DNA of 46,222 bases. Source: an uncultured Algibacter sp. Its GTDB lineage: Bacteria > Bacteroidota > Bacteroidia > Flavobacteriales > Flavobacteriaceae. Every line of letters begins with the position of its first letter. The first letter of the stretch is position 1. A program made the translations under genes and the position numbers. The notes under the pieces are model-generated. The model worked only from the letters and a program-made list of their open reading frames with translations, did no database searches and was not told the origin of the DNA. Shown here piece after piece: positions 1 to 9,600 of this stretch. The DNA lies in contig CALHCQ010000008.1 in NCBI GenBank assembly GCA_937936645.1, positions 1 through 46,222 of the forward strand. Reading direction: 5' to 3'.

Positions 1-211
1 TGTTACCTTTTTTTATTTGTATTACAGCAAGTACTAAAACTAAGGCTGTAACAGCATTAATACCGGCATAAATAGGAGGGAGGAAAACAGGTAATTTTAG
101 ATCTATTTTTACACCAAAAAGGATAGCAACGGCTACAGGAATAATAACAGATAATACAACTATTAATTTATTGTACTTTTTGTCGTCTAGTGTTTGGTTA
201 TTGTTAGTCAT
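1..211 (-). CDS. DUF420-family membrane protein (5' part; runs off the left edge)
   Basis: Read manually: ATG at 211, MTNNNQTLDDKKYNKLIVVLSVIIPVAVAILFGVKIDLKLPVFLPPIYAGINAVTALVLVLAVIQIKKGN, open to the edge. The hydrophobic helices, the LPPIYAxIN segment and the position after SCO fit DUF420 genes of Bacteroidota cox loci. Confidence 0.8.
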   Translation of the reverse strand, partial: MTNNNQTLDDKKYNKLIVVLSVIIPVAVAILFGVKIDLKLPVFLPPIYAGINAVTALVLVLAVIQIKKGN

Positions 212-249
212 AAAACATGTATTAATCAATTTTAAAAAATATAATGCTG

Positions 250-993
250 TTATTCGTTTAATAATTTTAAAATATCTTCTTTTAAATTAGAAATCTCTTC
301 TTGTACACCATCCTCGTCTACTTTTTCTTCTTGAGAAACAATACCTCTGTAATATATAATTGGATTGCCGTAAGCATCGGTTCTAGAACGAATAAACCCT
401 TTTTTATCTATTAAAGCAAAATTACCAGAATGCTCGAAGCCCCCTGCGACACTTTCTTCTTCTGCGGTGTATAAATTAAAACCTTCGTTAGATAATTTAT
501 AAATAGCTTCTTTATTTCCTGTTAAAAAATGCCAATTAGGATTAGTTATTTTATAGTGCTCTGCATAAGCTTTTAGAACTTCGGGCGTGTCGTAAGCTGG
601 ATTTATGGTAAACGATGCTACACCAAAGTTTTTAAAATCTTTAAAAACATTTTGAATGTTAACCAAGTTCGCACTCATACGTGGGCAAATGGTTGGACAT
701 GTTGTAAAGAAAAACTCTAAAACATAAACTTTACCCAAGTAGTCTTTATTGGTAATAGTGAGACCATTTTGATTTGTAAAAGCAAATTCGGGCACTTTTT
801 TAGGACTACCGTTTATTTCTATATACGCAAGATTAGACGGGGTATTAGTTTTATCATCTTTTAAATTAGAACGACTTTCATTTCTTGTAACATCTTTATT
901 AGAAATACGATCTACGATTCTTGGTATAAAATAAATACCAAAAACTAATATAATAAAAGCAATACCTATGTAAGAATAATTATTTTTTTTCAT
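250..993 (-). CDS. SCO1/SenC-family copper chaperone for CuA assembly
   Basis: N-terminal TM anchor, FFFTTCPTICP (CxxxC) and distal His in FEHSGNFALID; located in the cox locus. Confidence 0.95.
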   Translation of the reverse strand: MKKNNYSYIGIAFIILVFGIYFIPRIVDRISNKDVTRNESRSNLKDDKTNTPSNLAYIEINGSPKKVPEFAFTNQNGLTITNKDYLGKVYVLEFFFTTCPTICPRMSANLVNIQNVFKDFKNFGVASFTINPAYDTPEVLKAYAEHYKITNPNWHFLTGNKEAIYKLSNEGFNLYTAEEESVAGGFEHSGNFALIDKKGFIRSRTDAYGNPIIYYRGIVSQEEKVDEDGVQEEISNLKEDILKLLNE

Positions 994-1702
994 TGCTATT
1001 TTTTAAATCACCTGCACGCCTGGTGTCCGAGTTAAACTCGCCTTTACGTTTCTGTCTATATTCTGTAAACAAAATACGCATGTCCTCGCTCATTTTATTT
1101 TTTATTTGAGCGACTTCTATGCAATTAAAAGAGTTTAAACCATAAACAGGCTTGTTTTTTTCTAATTCGTTATCTGTCCTATCATCTAAGCGCCCACGCT
1201 GATTAAGATCTTTGTCTATGATGTAAACATGATCTGTAGAAAAATCTGTAGAGAGCTTAGCATCGCTTTTTAAGCTAGAAAAAATTTGCTTAATAACTTG
1301 AGGCTTAACATATACAAAATGCCAAAATTTAAGCCCTTGATAAGAACTAATTTCTTGCCTAAGTAGTTTAACAACGTCTTCTGTGCCTTCTGGCATTAAA
1401 ATTACGATTTGAAATTTTTTAAACCCTGTAAAGTTGTCATAAACCAATTCTTTTAAATTAGAAGCCGTGGTAGCTTTACTCATAGGGTTTTTGCCAAAAA
1501 AACCTAGAACTGTTATATGATCTTTAAATTGGACAGTCTCGTTACTAGTAGCTGTAAAATTGTTAATATCTAAAACAGATTCGTTAACAATATCTAAAGG
1601 GGTATAGTTATGTGTTGCTGGATATAAAAACAATAAAAAAGTAACGGGAAGAAAAAATAAAATTCCTAAAACCACATAGCGACTAACTTTTTTATAATCC
1701 AT
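980..1702 (-). CDS. Membrane-anchored SCO-like/thioredoxin-fold protein lacking CxxxC
   Basis: N-terminal TM. Segments TVLGFFG..ASNL, WHFV and HVYIIDKDLNQRG parallel YVLEFFF..SANL, WHFL and NFALIDKKGFIR of the neighbouring SCO, but the Cys pair is absent. Overlaps the SCO start by 14 nt. Confidence 0.65.
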   Translation of the reverse strand: MDYKKVSRYVVLGILFFLPVTFLLFLYPATHNYTPLDIVNESVLDINNFTATSNETVQFKDHITVLGFFGKNPMSKATTASNLKELVYDNFTGFKKFQIVILMPEGTEDVVKLLRQEISSYQGLKFWHFVYVKPQVIKQIFSSLKSDAKLSTDFSTDHVYIIDKDLNQRGRLDDRTDNELEKNKPVYGLNSFNCIEVAQIKNKMSEDMRILFTEYRQKRKGEFNSDTRRAGDLKNSNEKK

Positions 1703-1725
1703 TTTATTGTGTTTTTTGTATTATG

Positions 1726-1733
1726 CAAAAATA
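1726..1733 (-). promoter_or_regulatory. Bacteroidota primary-sigma -7 box (TATTTTTG)
   Basis: Exact TAnnTTTG match 23 nt upstream of the ATG at 1702. Confidence 0.7.
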
Positions 1734-1766
1734 AAAAAAGACGGTCTAAAAACCGTCTTTTTTTAT
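1731..1766 (-). terminator. Intrinsic terminator after cox subunit IV
   Basis: Perfect inverted repeat ATAAAAAAAGACGGT-ctaaaa-ACCGTCTTTTTTTAT with T7 tracts on both strands. Confidence 0.85.
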
Positions 1767-1788
1767 TTATTTAAATAATAGATTTTAA

Positions 1789-2169
1789 TTAAAAATCTCT
1801 TTTTATATACCCTTTATCGTATACATTAAAAACGTAACCACCTTCTTGTAAAAGGATAAATACAATGTATGCCATTAGGAAAATACCTGTCCAAACTATA
1901 GCACGTCTTAATCCAGATTTTTCGTCACGTAAGTGCATAAAATCCCATGCAATATAGTATGCTTTTACTATGGTTAATATTATAAATATCCAGTTTAGTA
2001 ATTTCATACCAAAAACCTTAGCATTTAAGCTTTCTGGTTTAAATATACCTAATAATACCTCTACTGCTGTTACTAAACTAAGAAAGATTAAAACACCCCA
2101 TATTTTTTGAGTATTGCTTTTAAACTTTAATAATCCTCTAAATATTGCTAATTTATGTTCGTGTGCCAT
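1789..2169 (-). CDS. Cytochrome c oxidase subunit IV family protein (prokaryotic COX4/CtaF-like)
   Basis: Three TM helices, KAYYIAWDFMHLRDE motif, follows the subunit III genes. Confidence 0.88.
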   Translation of the reverse strand: MAHEHKLAIFRGLLKFKSNTQKIWGVLIFLSLVTAVEVLLGIFKPESLNAKVFGMKLLNWIFIILTIVKAYYIAWDFMHLRDEKSGLRRAIVWTGIFLMAYIVFILLQEGGYVFNVYDKGYIKRDF

Positions 2170-2217
2170 TTTAATGCTATTTATATTTCTTTAAAAGAAA
2201 TTGAAACTATTTTTTTA

Positions 2218-3198
2218 TTAAACCAGGTAAAAGAATGTAAAAACAAATACCCAAACTAAATCTATAAAGTGCCAGTATAATCCAACTTTCTCTACCATTT
2301 CATAACTTTTGCGTCTCTCGTAAGTACCTACAATAACGTTAAAGAATATTATAATGTTTAAAACAATACCAGAAATTACGTGAAAACCATGAAAACCTGT
2401 AATAAAGAAAAAGAAATCTGCGAATAAAGAAGACCCATATTCATTAACTTTAAGGTTAGCACCATGAACAACTAACTTACCGTTTGTTTTAATTTGCTTT
2501 AAAGACTCTTCTCGAGTTAATACTGTCTTGTGTCCATGCTCGTTAATAAGCTGTGTTCTTACTAAAACGTCTTTATGAGATTCTAAACCTTTAACAACAT
2601 CTTCAACACTGTATTCTGGTAAACTACCTTCGCTAACAAACCACAGACCGTTTTTACGTTCGTGTTGTACTCTTTCGTTATGCGGGTTTTTAGTTGCAAA
2701 ATCGCGAATAGCAACACGGTTACCATGTGTATCTACAAACTGTAATATATTACCACCTTTTGTTTGCACAGCTCCAAAGTCCCCTTTAATAAAAGTGTTC
2801 CATTCCCAAGCTTGAGAACCAACAAATATAATACCACCAATAATAGTTAAAAACATATATATGGTTACTTTGGACTTGTTTAAGTGATGACCAGCATCTA
2901 CGGCTAACACCATAGTTACAGAAGACATAATTAATATGAAGGTCATGATAGCAACGTATATCATTGGATAATTACCATGAAAAAACGGTACGTGTGTAAA
3001 CACCTCGTCGGCTATAGGCCAAGCGTCTATAAATTTAAATCTTGAAAATCCATAGGCTGCTAAAAAACCTGTAAATGTTAAGGCATCAGAAAGAATGAAA
3101 AACCACATCATCATTTTACCATAACTTGCTCTTAATGGCTCATTGCCACCATCCCAAGTTTTACCTTCTGTTCCAGTATTTGCTACTGCTGTGCTCAT
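2218..3198 (-). CDS. ctaE: Cytochrome c oxidase subunit III, long paralog with a large soluble insertion
   Basis: MWFFILSD, SSVTM, ITGFHGFHV and GLYWHFIDLVWVFVF motifs of COX3. Confidence 0.92.
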   Translation of the reverse strand: MSTAVANTGTEGKTWDGGNEPLRASYGKMMMWFFILSDALTFTGFLAAYGFSRFKFIDAWPIADEVFTHVPFFHGNYPMIYVAIMTFILIMSSVTMVLAVDAGHHLNKSKVTIYMFLTIIGGIIFVGSQAWEWNTFIKGDFGAVQTKGGNILQFVDTHGNRVAIRDFATKNPHNERVQHERKNGLWFVSEGSLPEYSVEDVVKGLESHKDVLVRTQLINEHGHKTVLTREESLKQIKTNGKLVVHGANLKVNEYGSSLFADFFFFITGFHGFHVISGIVLNIIIFFNVIVGTYERRKSYEMVEKVGLYWHFIDLVWVFVFTFFYLV

Positions 3199-3229
3199 AT
3201 ATAATGCTTATTATTTAAAAAATATTTTA

Positions 3230-3237
3230 CAAAAATA
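3230..3237 (-). promoter_or_regulatory. -7 box (TATTTTTG) for the long subunit III gene
   Basis: Exact TAnnTTTG match 31 nt upstream of the ATG at 3198. Confidence 0.6.
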
Positions 3238-3338
3238 ATCAATTTATTTATCTAAAGAAACTACAACGAATAAATTTTAAAGACATTCGCTTATGTTTAA
3301 AAGGATACCTAGCTATTCCTATTTATATTATACGGTTA

Positions 3339-3920
3339 CTACCTCACAAAATAAAGGAACAAAAACAGATAAACCCACAGTATATCTATAAAGTGCCAAA
3401 ATGTTGCTGCCAATTCTAGTCCAAGCATATTAGATGCTGTGTATTTTTGTTTAAAATGATTATAAATTACAACCAGCAAACAAACAAGACCAACTATAAC
3501 ATGAAGAATATGCACCAAAGCAATAAGGTAAATGTAAGACATCGTTACATTACTAGTTGGGCCAGTAAAATTGTAACCTGCATCTATAATTTGACCAAAA
3601 CCAACAAATTGGCCAATAACGAAAGCTACTCCTAAAACAAGTGTTATTAACAACCAAATGGCAGTTTGTTTTCTATGTCCCGCTTTTAAAGCTTTTTTAG
3701 CTAAAACAAAGGCTATACTGCTTACTATTATAATAAGTGTGCTAACAATAAACGCGTTAGGTAATCTAAAGTCCTTTAACCAATCTGGTCTAGAGCTACT
3801 TACAACAAAAGCACTTGTCCAACCTGCGAACGACATAATAAGAGAAATAATACCAAACCACAGCATCATTTTTTTTGCTCTACCCGTTTTTTCTTCTAAA
3901 GTTCCCTGAGTTAAATCCAT
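3339..3920 (-). CDS. ctaE: Cytochrome c oxidase subunit III, short paralog
   Basis: HILHV and FWHFIDILWVYLF motifs of COX3; five TM helices. Confidence 0.9.
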   Translation of the reverse strand: MDLTQGTLEEKTGRAKKMMLWFGIISLIMSFAGWTSAFVVSSSRPDWLKDFRLPNAFIVSTLIIIVSSIAFVLAKKALKAGHRKQTAIWLLITLVLGVAFVIGQFVGFGQIIDAGYNFTGPTSNVTMSYIYLIALVHILHVIVGLVCLLVVIYNHFKQKYTASNMLGLELAATFWHFIDILWVYLFLFLYFVR

Positions 3921-3922
3921 GA

Positions 3923-4816
3923 TTATCTTAAAAATTTATCTATTACATAAACAATTTGAACTAACGTAATGTAAGAAACACTAGCTAGCATTAGTGTTCT
4001 TGCTGCTTTTTCTGTCATTTTTTTAAATAATTGAATAGCATAATGCAACATACCTAATCCTAAAGCAAAGACAACTACAGCAGCAACAACAGAAAGTTGT
4101 AATTTACCTGTAAAACCAAAAACTGGTACAATAGACACTAAAACAGTCCATATAGTATACATTATCGTTTGTACAGCTGTTCCTTTATCTTGTTTTCCTG
4201 TAGGCAACATAAAAAAACCGCCTCTTTTATAATCTTCATACAAAAACCAACCAATAGCCCAAAAATGTGGAAACTGCCAAAAAAACTGCAAAGCAAATAA
4301 AGTTCCTGGTTCAATACCAAAATCATCGGTAGCAGCAACCCAACCCAACATAAAGGGTATAGCTCCAGGTATAGCTCCAACAAAAACAGCAATAGGTGTT
4401 TTTGTTTTTAATGGTGTGTAAACACAAGTATATAAAAATATTGAAATAGCCCCAAACATGGCTGTTTGCTTGTTAATAATATATAATATAACAATACCTA
4501 AAATTGTAAATACAGTTGCAATTATAAATGCCGTTAAAACAGACATACGCCCAGAAGGTATAGGCCTGTTTTTTGTTCTATGCATGAGAATGTCTAAATC
4601 TTTTTCTATAATTTGGTTAAAAGCATTAGAAGCTCCTACCATAAAGTACCCTCCAAAAGCTAATAGAATTAACACTTTAAAATCGATAACATCAACACCT
4701 AACAAATAACCTGCTAAAGAGGAAAAAACAACACTTAATGCTAATCGCATTTTAGTAATTTCTTTAAAATCGGAAATTACAGATGGTGCTACTACTGAAG
4801 AATTTAAATTGCTCAA
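3923..4816 (-). CDS. cyoE: Protoheme IX farnesyltransferase (heme O synthase)
   Basis: NQIIEKDLDILMHRTKNRPIPSGR, YTPLK and WQFPHFWAI motifs; TTG start. Confidence 0.96.
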   Translation of the reverse strand: MSNLNSSVVAPSVISDFKEITKMRLALSVVFSSLAGYLLGVDVIDFKVLILLAFGGYFMVGASNAFNQIIEKDLDILMHRTKNRPIPSGRMSVLTAFIIATVFTILGIVILYIINKQTAMFGAISIFLYTCVYTPLKTKTPIAVFVGAIPGAIPFMLGWVAATDDFGIEPGTLFALQFFWQFPHFWAIGWFLYEDYKRGGFFMLPTGKQDKGTAVQTIMYTIWTVLVSIVPVFGFTGKLQLSVVAAVVVFALGLGMLHYAIQLFKKMTEKAARTLMLASVSYITLVQIVYVIDKFLR

Positions 4817-4851
4817 AATTTTAATTTTTTGATATCCTAGTAAAGGGAATG

Positions 4852-4859
4852 CAAAGATA
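4852..4859 (-). promoter_or_regulatory. -7 box (TATCTTTG) for cyoE-ctaE
   Basis: Exact TAnnTTTG match upstream of cyoE. Confidence 0.7.
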
Positions 4860-4980
4860 CTCTATTACAGCATTTTTAACAATGCTTTTAGTATTGAAAT
4901 TAGAAGTTATTAATATTAATAGTTAGTATGATACATTTAAAACCTATAAATTGGACTTTGTAAAAAAACATAGAAACAAA

Positions 4981-5009
4981 AAAAGCCCATTGTTAAACAA
5001 TGGGCTTTT
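4981..5009 (-). terminator. Intrinsic terminator after tonB
   Basis: Inverted repeat AAAAGCCCATTGT-taa-ACAATGGGCTTTT with a T-tract on the minus strand. Confidence 0.85.
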
Positions 5010-5031
5010 AAATTAATATTATTCAATTTTA

Positions 5032-5769
5032 CTATTCTACTAAAAAAACAAGTGGTAATGAATAAGGTACAGCTACAGCTTTACCTCTTTGCTTACCTGG
5101 CTTCATTTTAGGTAAAGAATTTATCACTCTTTTTGCCTCTTCTACTAATGCAGGATGCTTGGCACGTGCTTGAACATCGACTACAGAACCAGTTTTATCT
5201 ATTTTAAATAGAATCGTTACACGTTGTCTTCCTGTAAGGTCATTGTCTTGAGCTAGCTCTTTATCGAATTTCCTGTTAACAAACTTAGAAATCTTTTGAG
5301 CCATACACTGTTTCTTCTTGGCGTTATTACCTTTTTCACAACCAGGATATATAGGCACATTTTCAATAACCGAAAAAGGTACTTCTACTGGAGCAGCTTC
5401 TACTGTTTCAACTTCCTCTATATCTTCTACTTCATCAGGAATAACTTCTTCTTCATCTGTTTCAGTAGTCTCTATAATATCTTCAATTACTTCTGCCTCA
5501 TCTTCAACTATCTCAATTTCCTCTGTTGGTGCTGGCGGCGGTGGCGGCGGTGGTGGTGGTGGCGGGGCCAATAAGTTTTGGATAATTGGAATTTCTTCTT
5601 CAATTTCCTCTTCTACCTCTAGGCTGTACTCTTCCACTTCTGCAACTTTATCATAAGTCTTATAATTAATTGCATAATTGGTAAAGAACAACATTAAAGC
5701 TAAACCTATGGCAAAGTACAGCGAACTGTTTCTACCTACGTTAGCTTTAGGGTTTTTTTTAAGTTCCAT
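5032..5769 (-). CDS. tonB: Energy transducer TonB
   Basis: N-terminal TM, acidic and poly-Pro linker, C-terminal TonB domain (FKIDKTGSVVDV...PKMKPGKQRGKAVAVPYSLP). Confidence 0.92.
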   Translation of the reverse strand: MELKKNPKANVGRNSSLYFAIGLALMLFFTNYAINYKTYDKVAEVEEYSLEVEEEIEEEIPIIQNLLAPPPPPPPPPPPAPTEEIEIVEDEAEVIEDIIETTETDEEEVIPDEVEDIEEVETVEAAPVEVPFSVIENVPIYPGCEKGNNAKKKQCMAQKISKFVNRKFDKELAQDNDLTGRQRVTILFKIDKTGSVVDVQARAKHPALVEEAKRVINSLPKMKPGKQRGKAVAVPYSLPLVFLVE

Positions 5770-5833
5770 AATTCTTTGTTTTTTTAAGAAGTATGCTAAA
5801 ATAACTTTTTTTTTTTACAAAAAAAGAAAGTCA

Positions 5834-6208
5834 TTATATTTTTTGATACTTCTTTGTTAATACTTTTAACATTATAGCTGCAATTATCACTCCTGTTGTA
5901 TTGGCCAATACGTCGTAATAATCAAACGATCGAGTGCTTGTTAAACTCCCTTGTAACACCTCAATAAATATACCAAACAGTGTTGCAAACAGCACAGATA
6001 TTGTTATTGACCGGTAAATTTTGACTTTAAACCTTAAAAAGAAAGAAAAAAACCACAATAAAGTAAAAATAATGTAAGCTATAAGATGAAATATTTTATC
6101 GGCATAGGATATACTTACTTTTGGTAAATTGTTTAATGATATTAAACAAAGTAATAATAAAAGAAAAGTATATAGTATGCTTAAAACAAATACAATATTC
6201 TTAAGCAC
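5834..6208 (-). CDS. VanZ-family membrane protein
   Basis: DKIFHLIAY, EVLQ and RSFDYYDVLANTTG motifs; GTG start overlaps the gcvH stop. Confidence 0.9.
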   Translation of the reverse strand: MLKNIVFVLSILYTFLLLLLCLISLNNLPKVSISYADKIFHLIAYIIFTLLWFFSFFLRFKVKIYRSITISVLFATLFGIFIEVLQGSLTSTRSFDYYDVLANTTGVIIAAIMLKVLTKKYQKI

Positions 6209-6581
6209 TAATTAAAGCTTTATAAGCATCTGCAGATAAAAGCGCTTCTATTTCTGATGGATTTGATATTTTTATTTTTATCATCCAACCAGCACCGTAC
6301 GGGTCTGTATTAACGCTTTCTGGCTCATCTTCTAAAGCCTCGTTAAATTCGATTATTTCTCCAGATAATGGTAAAAATAAATCTGAAACGGTTTTAACAG
6401 CTTCTACAGTACCAAAAACTTCATCGGCTGCTAAGGTTTCGTCTAGAGTCTCTACCTCTACGTAAACAATATCTCCTAATTCGCTTTGTGCGAAATCTGT
6501 AATTCCAACAGTGGCAATGTCTCCGTCTATAGTTACCCACTCATGATCTTTAGTATATTTTAACTCTGCTGGTAAATTCAT
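6201..6581 (-). CDS. gcvH: Glycine cleavage system H protein
   Basis: YTKDHEW, GITDFAQ, lipoyl-Lys in VEAVKTVSD, DPYGAGW. Start moved to ATG 6581 because the track's TTG (6611) lies inside the promoter box. Confidence 0.97.
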   Translation of the reverse strand: MNLPAELKYTKDHEWVTIDGDIATVGITDFAQSELGDIVYVEVETLDETLAADEVFGTVEAVKTVSDLFLPLSGEIIEFNEALEDEPESVNTDPYGAGWMIKIKISNPSEIEALLSADAYKALISA

Positions 6582-6608
6582 TATGTATTGTATTATAATT
6601 AGTTTTGG

Positions 6609-6616
6609 CAAATATA
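6609..6616 (-). promoter_or_regulatory. -7 box (TATATTTG) for gcvH-vanZ
   Basis: Exact TAnnTTTG match. Confidence 0.75.
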
Positions 6617-6651
6617 TTTATTAGACAAAATATAAGCTAAATTATTACAAA

Positions 6652-9600
6652 TTAATTTCCAAAGTTATAACGTAAAGTTATTCCAGAACGAATCGTTGTT
6701 TGAGGAAACGCTGTAGATATGGCATACTCTGCAAAAGAATAATCGAAATAAAATATTCCAATAAGGTTTTTACTAAACGCGTAATCGGCAGAATACTTTA
6801 ATCCCCAAATGGTTTGCCCCGTTGTTACTTGATCGTTATCTAAATCTAGATATCTAATAATGGTTTTATTATCTCTAATAGATATATCGGCTTTCATATT
6901 AAGATCGCTTACTATTCGCTTTTTAGGGCCTGCTAATTGCGATTTAATTCTAACATCTTTAATACGATAACCTAAACCAAATATATACTCGTAACCTTGT
7001 ATTTCGGTTAATAAGTTATTATCTAAACTTAAAGACAAGGTTCTGTCTTTTTGAATTTCTGCCAGAACTTTAATTGAGTTTTTCATCTCAAAATCTACTC
7101 GAATTAAAGGACTAAATATTTCAGATAAATTTATATTACTAAACAATCTTTCGTTTTTAAAATTATTAGATTGATCTAGAGCTTCTTGCTGGTTAGGATC
7201 GTTAAAAGCAATATCAGGATTACCTGCAGTAAAATCTAAATTTGTTTGAAATTGATTAATGGTGTAGCTAGATCTATAACCGTGGGTTAATGAAAAACGT
7301 TTAAATCGTTTTTTAAACCACTTGAACTTCATAAATCCAGTGTATTTTAAATCCCAGTTTGGTAAAGGTATATTTCTAAACGGACTCGTTTTTACTTTAT
7401 TTTCATCTGTACCAGAGTAAGCTGCCAAAAATGAAGGTATTAATACACTTTGGCTATTTTTACCAAAACCTTCTGGAAAACCGTCTGCATCGCGCCCAAA
7501 AGAAGTATTACCATAAAACTTTCGAGCAAGTCTATTAGCCACAACCAATCTATTAGATCTAAAAGCATTAAAAGGTTGCGACGAAATTTCGTCACTTTTA
7601 CTAAAGGCTGTTTTTATTAATAATGTAGATATACCAAAATTACCAAAAGTATTTGTTGTTAAAGGATTGTAAACATCACTTAAACCATCACCATCATTAT
7701 CTATCGCTTGAAAGTTTTCTGTTGTGTTTTCAAAATTTGTTCTGTTAGCAATAACATCAATTTTTAAAGTTCTAACAGGCTGTAAATTTAAAGCAATGTC
7801 TAATTGTTTGGTTTGAGTTGATGTATATTGCTGATTAAACTCTGGAAAAACAGTTAACCAACCACGTCTTGCTGCCAAGTCTCTTACATCGCGCTGGCTA
7901 CCAAAAGTATAACCTAAGCTAGGTTTTAGTGTGCCTATAAAACCAGGTGTTTGTAAATAACCAGGTAAAAAAGTACCATTATTTTCAGAATAATTAAAAG
8001 TGATTCTTTTTATACTAGACAAGGCATCTATACCTGCATCTAAAAAAGGATTACTTTTTTTAATTTTTGGTGCTTTTTTAGATTTTTCTCCAGCCTTAGT
8101 TTTTGCTACAGTTCTAGAGCGTATGTTTCTTTTAGGTTTTTTTACTAGTCCTATATGTTTATAGAACTTTTTCATGTCCAATGTCGCATTAATATTATGC
8201 GTATTTGCATTTTGTATAGTGTTTCCTAAATCGAATGTTTGTCCGTTAAAAGCTAAATCACCAAATAAATCGGATCCTTTTTGCCATTGAAAATTACCAC
8301 TGTATTGGTAAGTAGCATCTACAAAACTAAGTGTTGGTATTTTATTTAATGGTAATTTATAGGTTAAACCTAAATCTTGATTTTGTCTGTTTGGGTCTCC
8401 AAAATCAAAAAAGCCATCCCAAACATCTAATGTAGGGTCTTGTTCACCATTAACAATATTGTCTACAAAATAATTACGTACAATATTATTATTAGCCGCT
8501 GTAAAGTTAAGCTGTAACGATTTTGTTAAATTATAATTTATATTGTATTGAAAATCGAAAGTATAATTCCTTTTAAACAACTCTTCTATACCAATATTAT
8601 CGCCTCCTAAATCTATTTCTCTAAATTTCTGCTTATTAAATTGTCTGTTAAAATCGGTATTAACACTAAAACTTGTTGGTAATGGATTAAAATTAAAATC
8701 TTTTATAATTTTCCAATACTTACTTTTAAATATAGAGTCGTTTTTCTTGAAAGGCTCTATTGGTTTTGGGTTAAAATTAAAGGCATAATTTACTCCTGCT
8801 CTAACGGTTTCGTCTAAAGCATTTTCTATTTCAAAATCTCGATGTTCTTGTTTATTGTGCGAGAAGTTTAATGTTAAGTTTTCTACATCGTAAAAACGAG
8901 GTGCTTTTTCGCCTGTTCTTGTTTTTCTAACACCAATAAAGTTAATACTTTGTCGTTTTGTATAATCTTCAGAATTCTCCTTAATTTCATCACGATCTTC
9001 GCTTGTTGCTGCCGCATCTAATCGAGATTTTAAAGTTAAATCTTTAAAAAACTGATCGTATTTTGGAGTTACGAGTTCCTCGCTTTGTGCATAGTTAAAA
9101 GGCAACTGTATACCCCACTTTTTTGGTAAAAGTTGTCCTAAATTAACATTCGTTACAACATCGTATTGTTTAACATCTTCTAAACTACGTTGACTAGGCC
9201 CTTGTTCTATAGTTCCAAAACCAGTAGTACTACGTCTACCCGTTGCGCTTATGTTTGCAAAGTCGGCAATATTAGTATCTACACTTAAAACAGCTGCCCA
9301 ACCGCCCTCGTTATCTAAACCAGACAATCTAAGTTCGTTAAACCATACCTGTGCGCATACTGGCGATAATATTGGTGTGTCTCCAGCAACAGCATTTTTA
9401 ACACCAACCATAATGGTTCTTATGTCTCCAAAGTTTGGATTACCTTTTATTGCTACACGATGTTGCCCAGGTGTATAAGGCGAGAATTGATTAACATTAT
9501 TGGCACTTACCTGTCCATTTACAACGTCGTAAAAAGCAGCTTCGCCATTTGTTAATGGTGGGTTAGCTAAAACCCTTGCTTTTATTTGCCCTAAGACATC

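Noticed and set aside
4899-4917. Weak Fur-box-like sequence upstream of cyoE
   Set aside because: About 12/19 match and not palindromic; indistinguishable from AT-rich background.
6582-6611. ORF-track N-terminal extensions starting at TTG (gcvH 6611, infB 34065, ygiQ 43615, ABC-F 45444)
   Set aside because: In each case the TTG is the end of the TAnnTTTG promoter box and would not be transcribed; the downstream ATG matches the family N-terminus.
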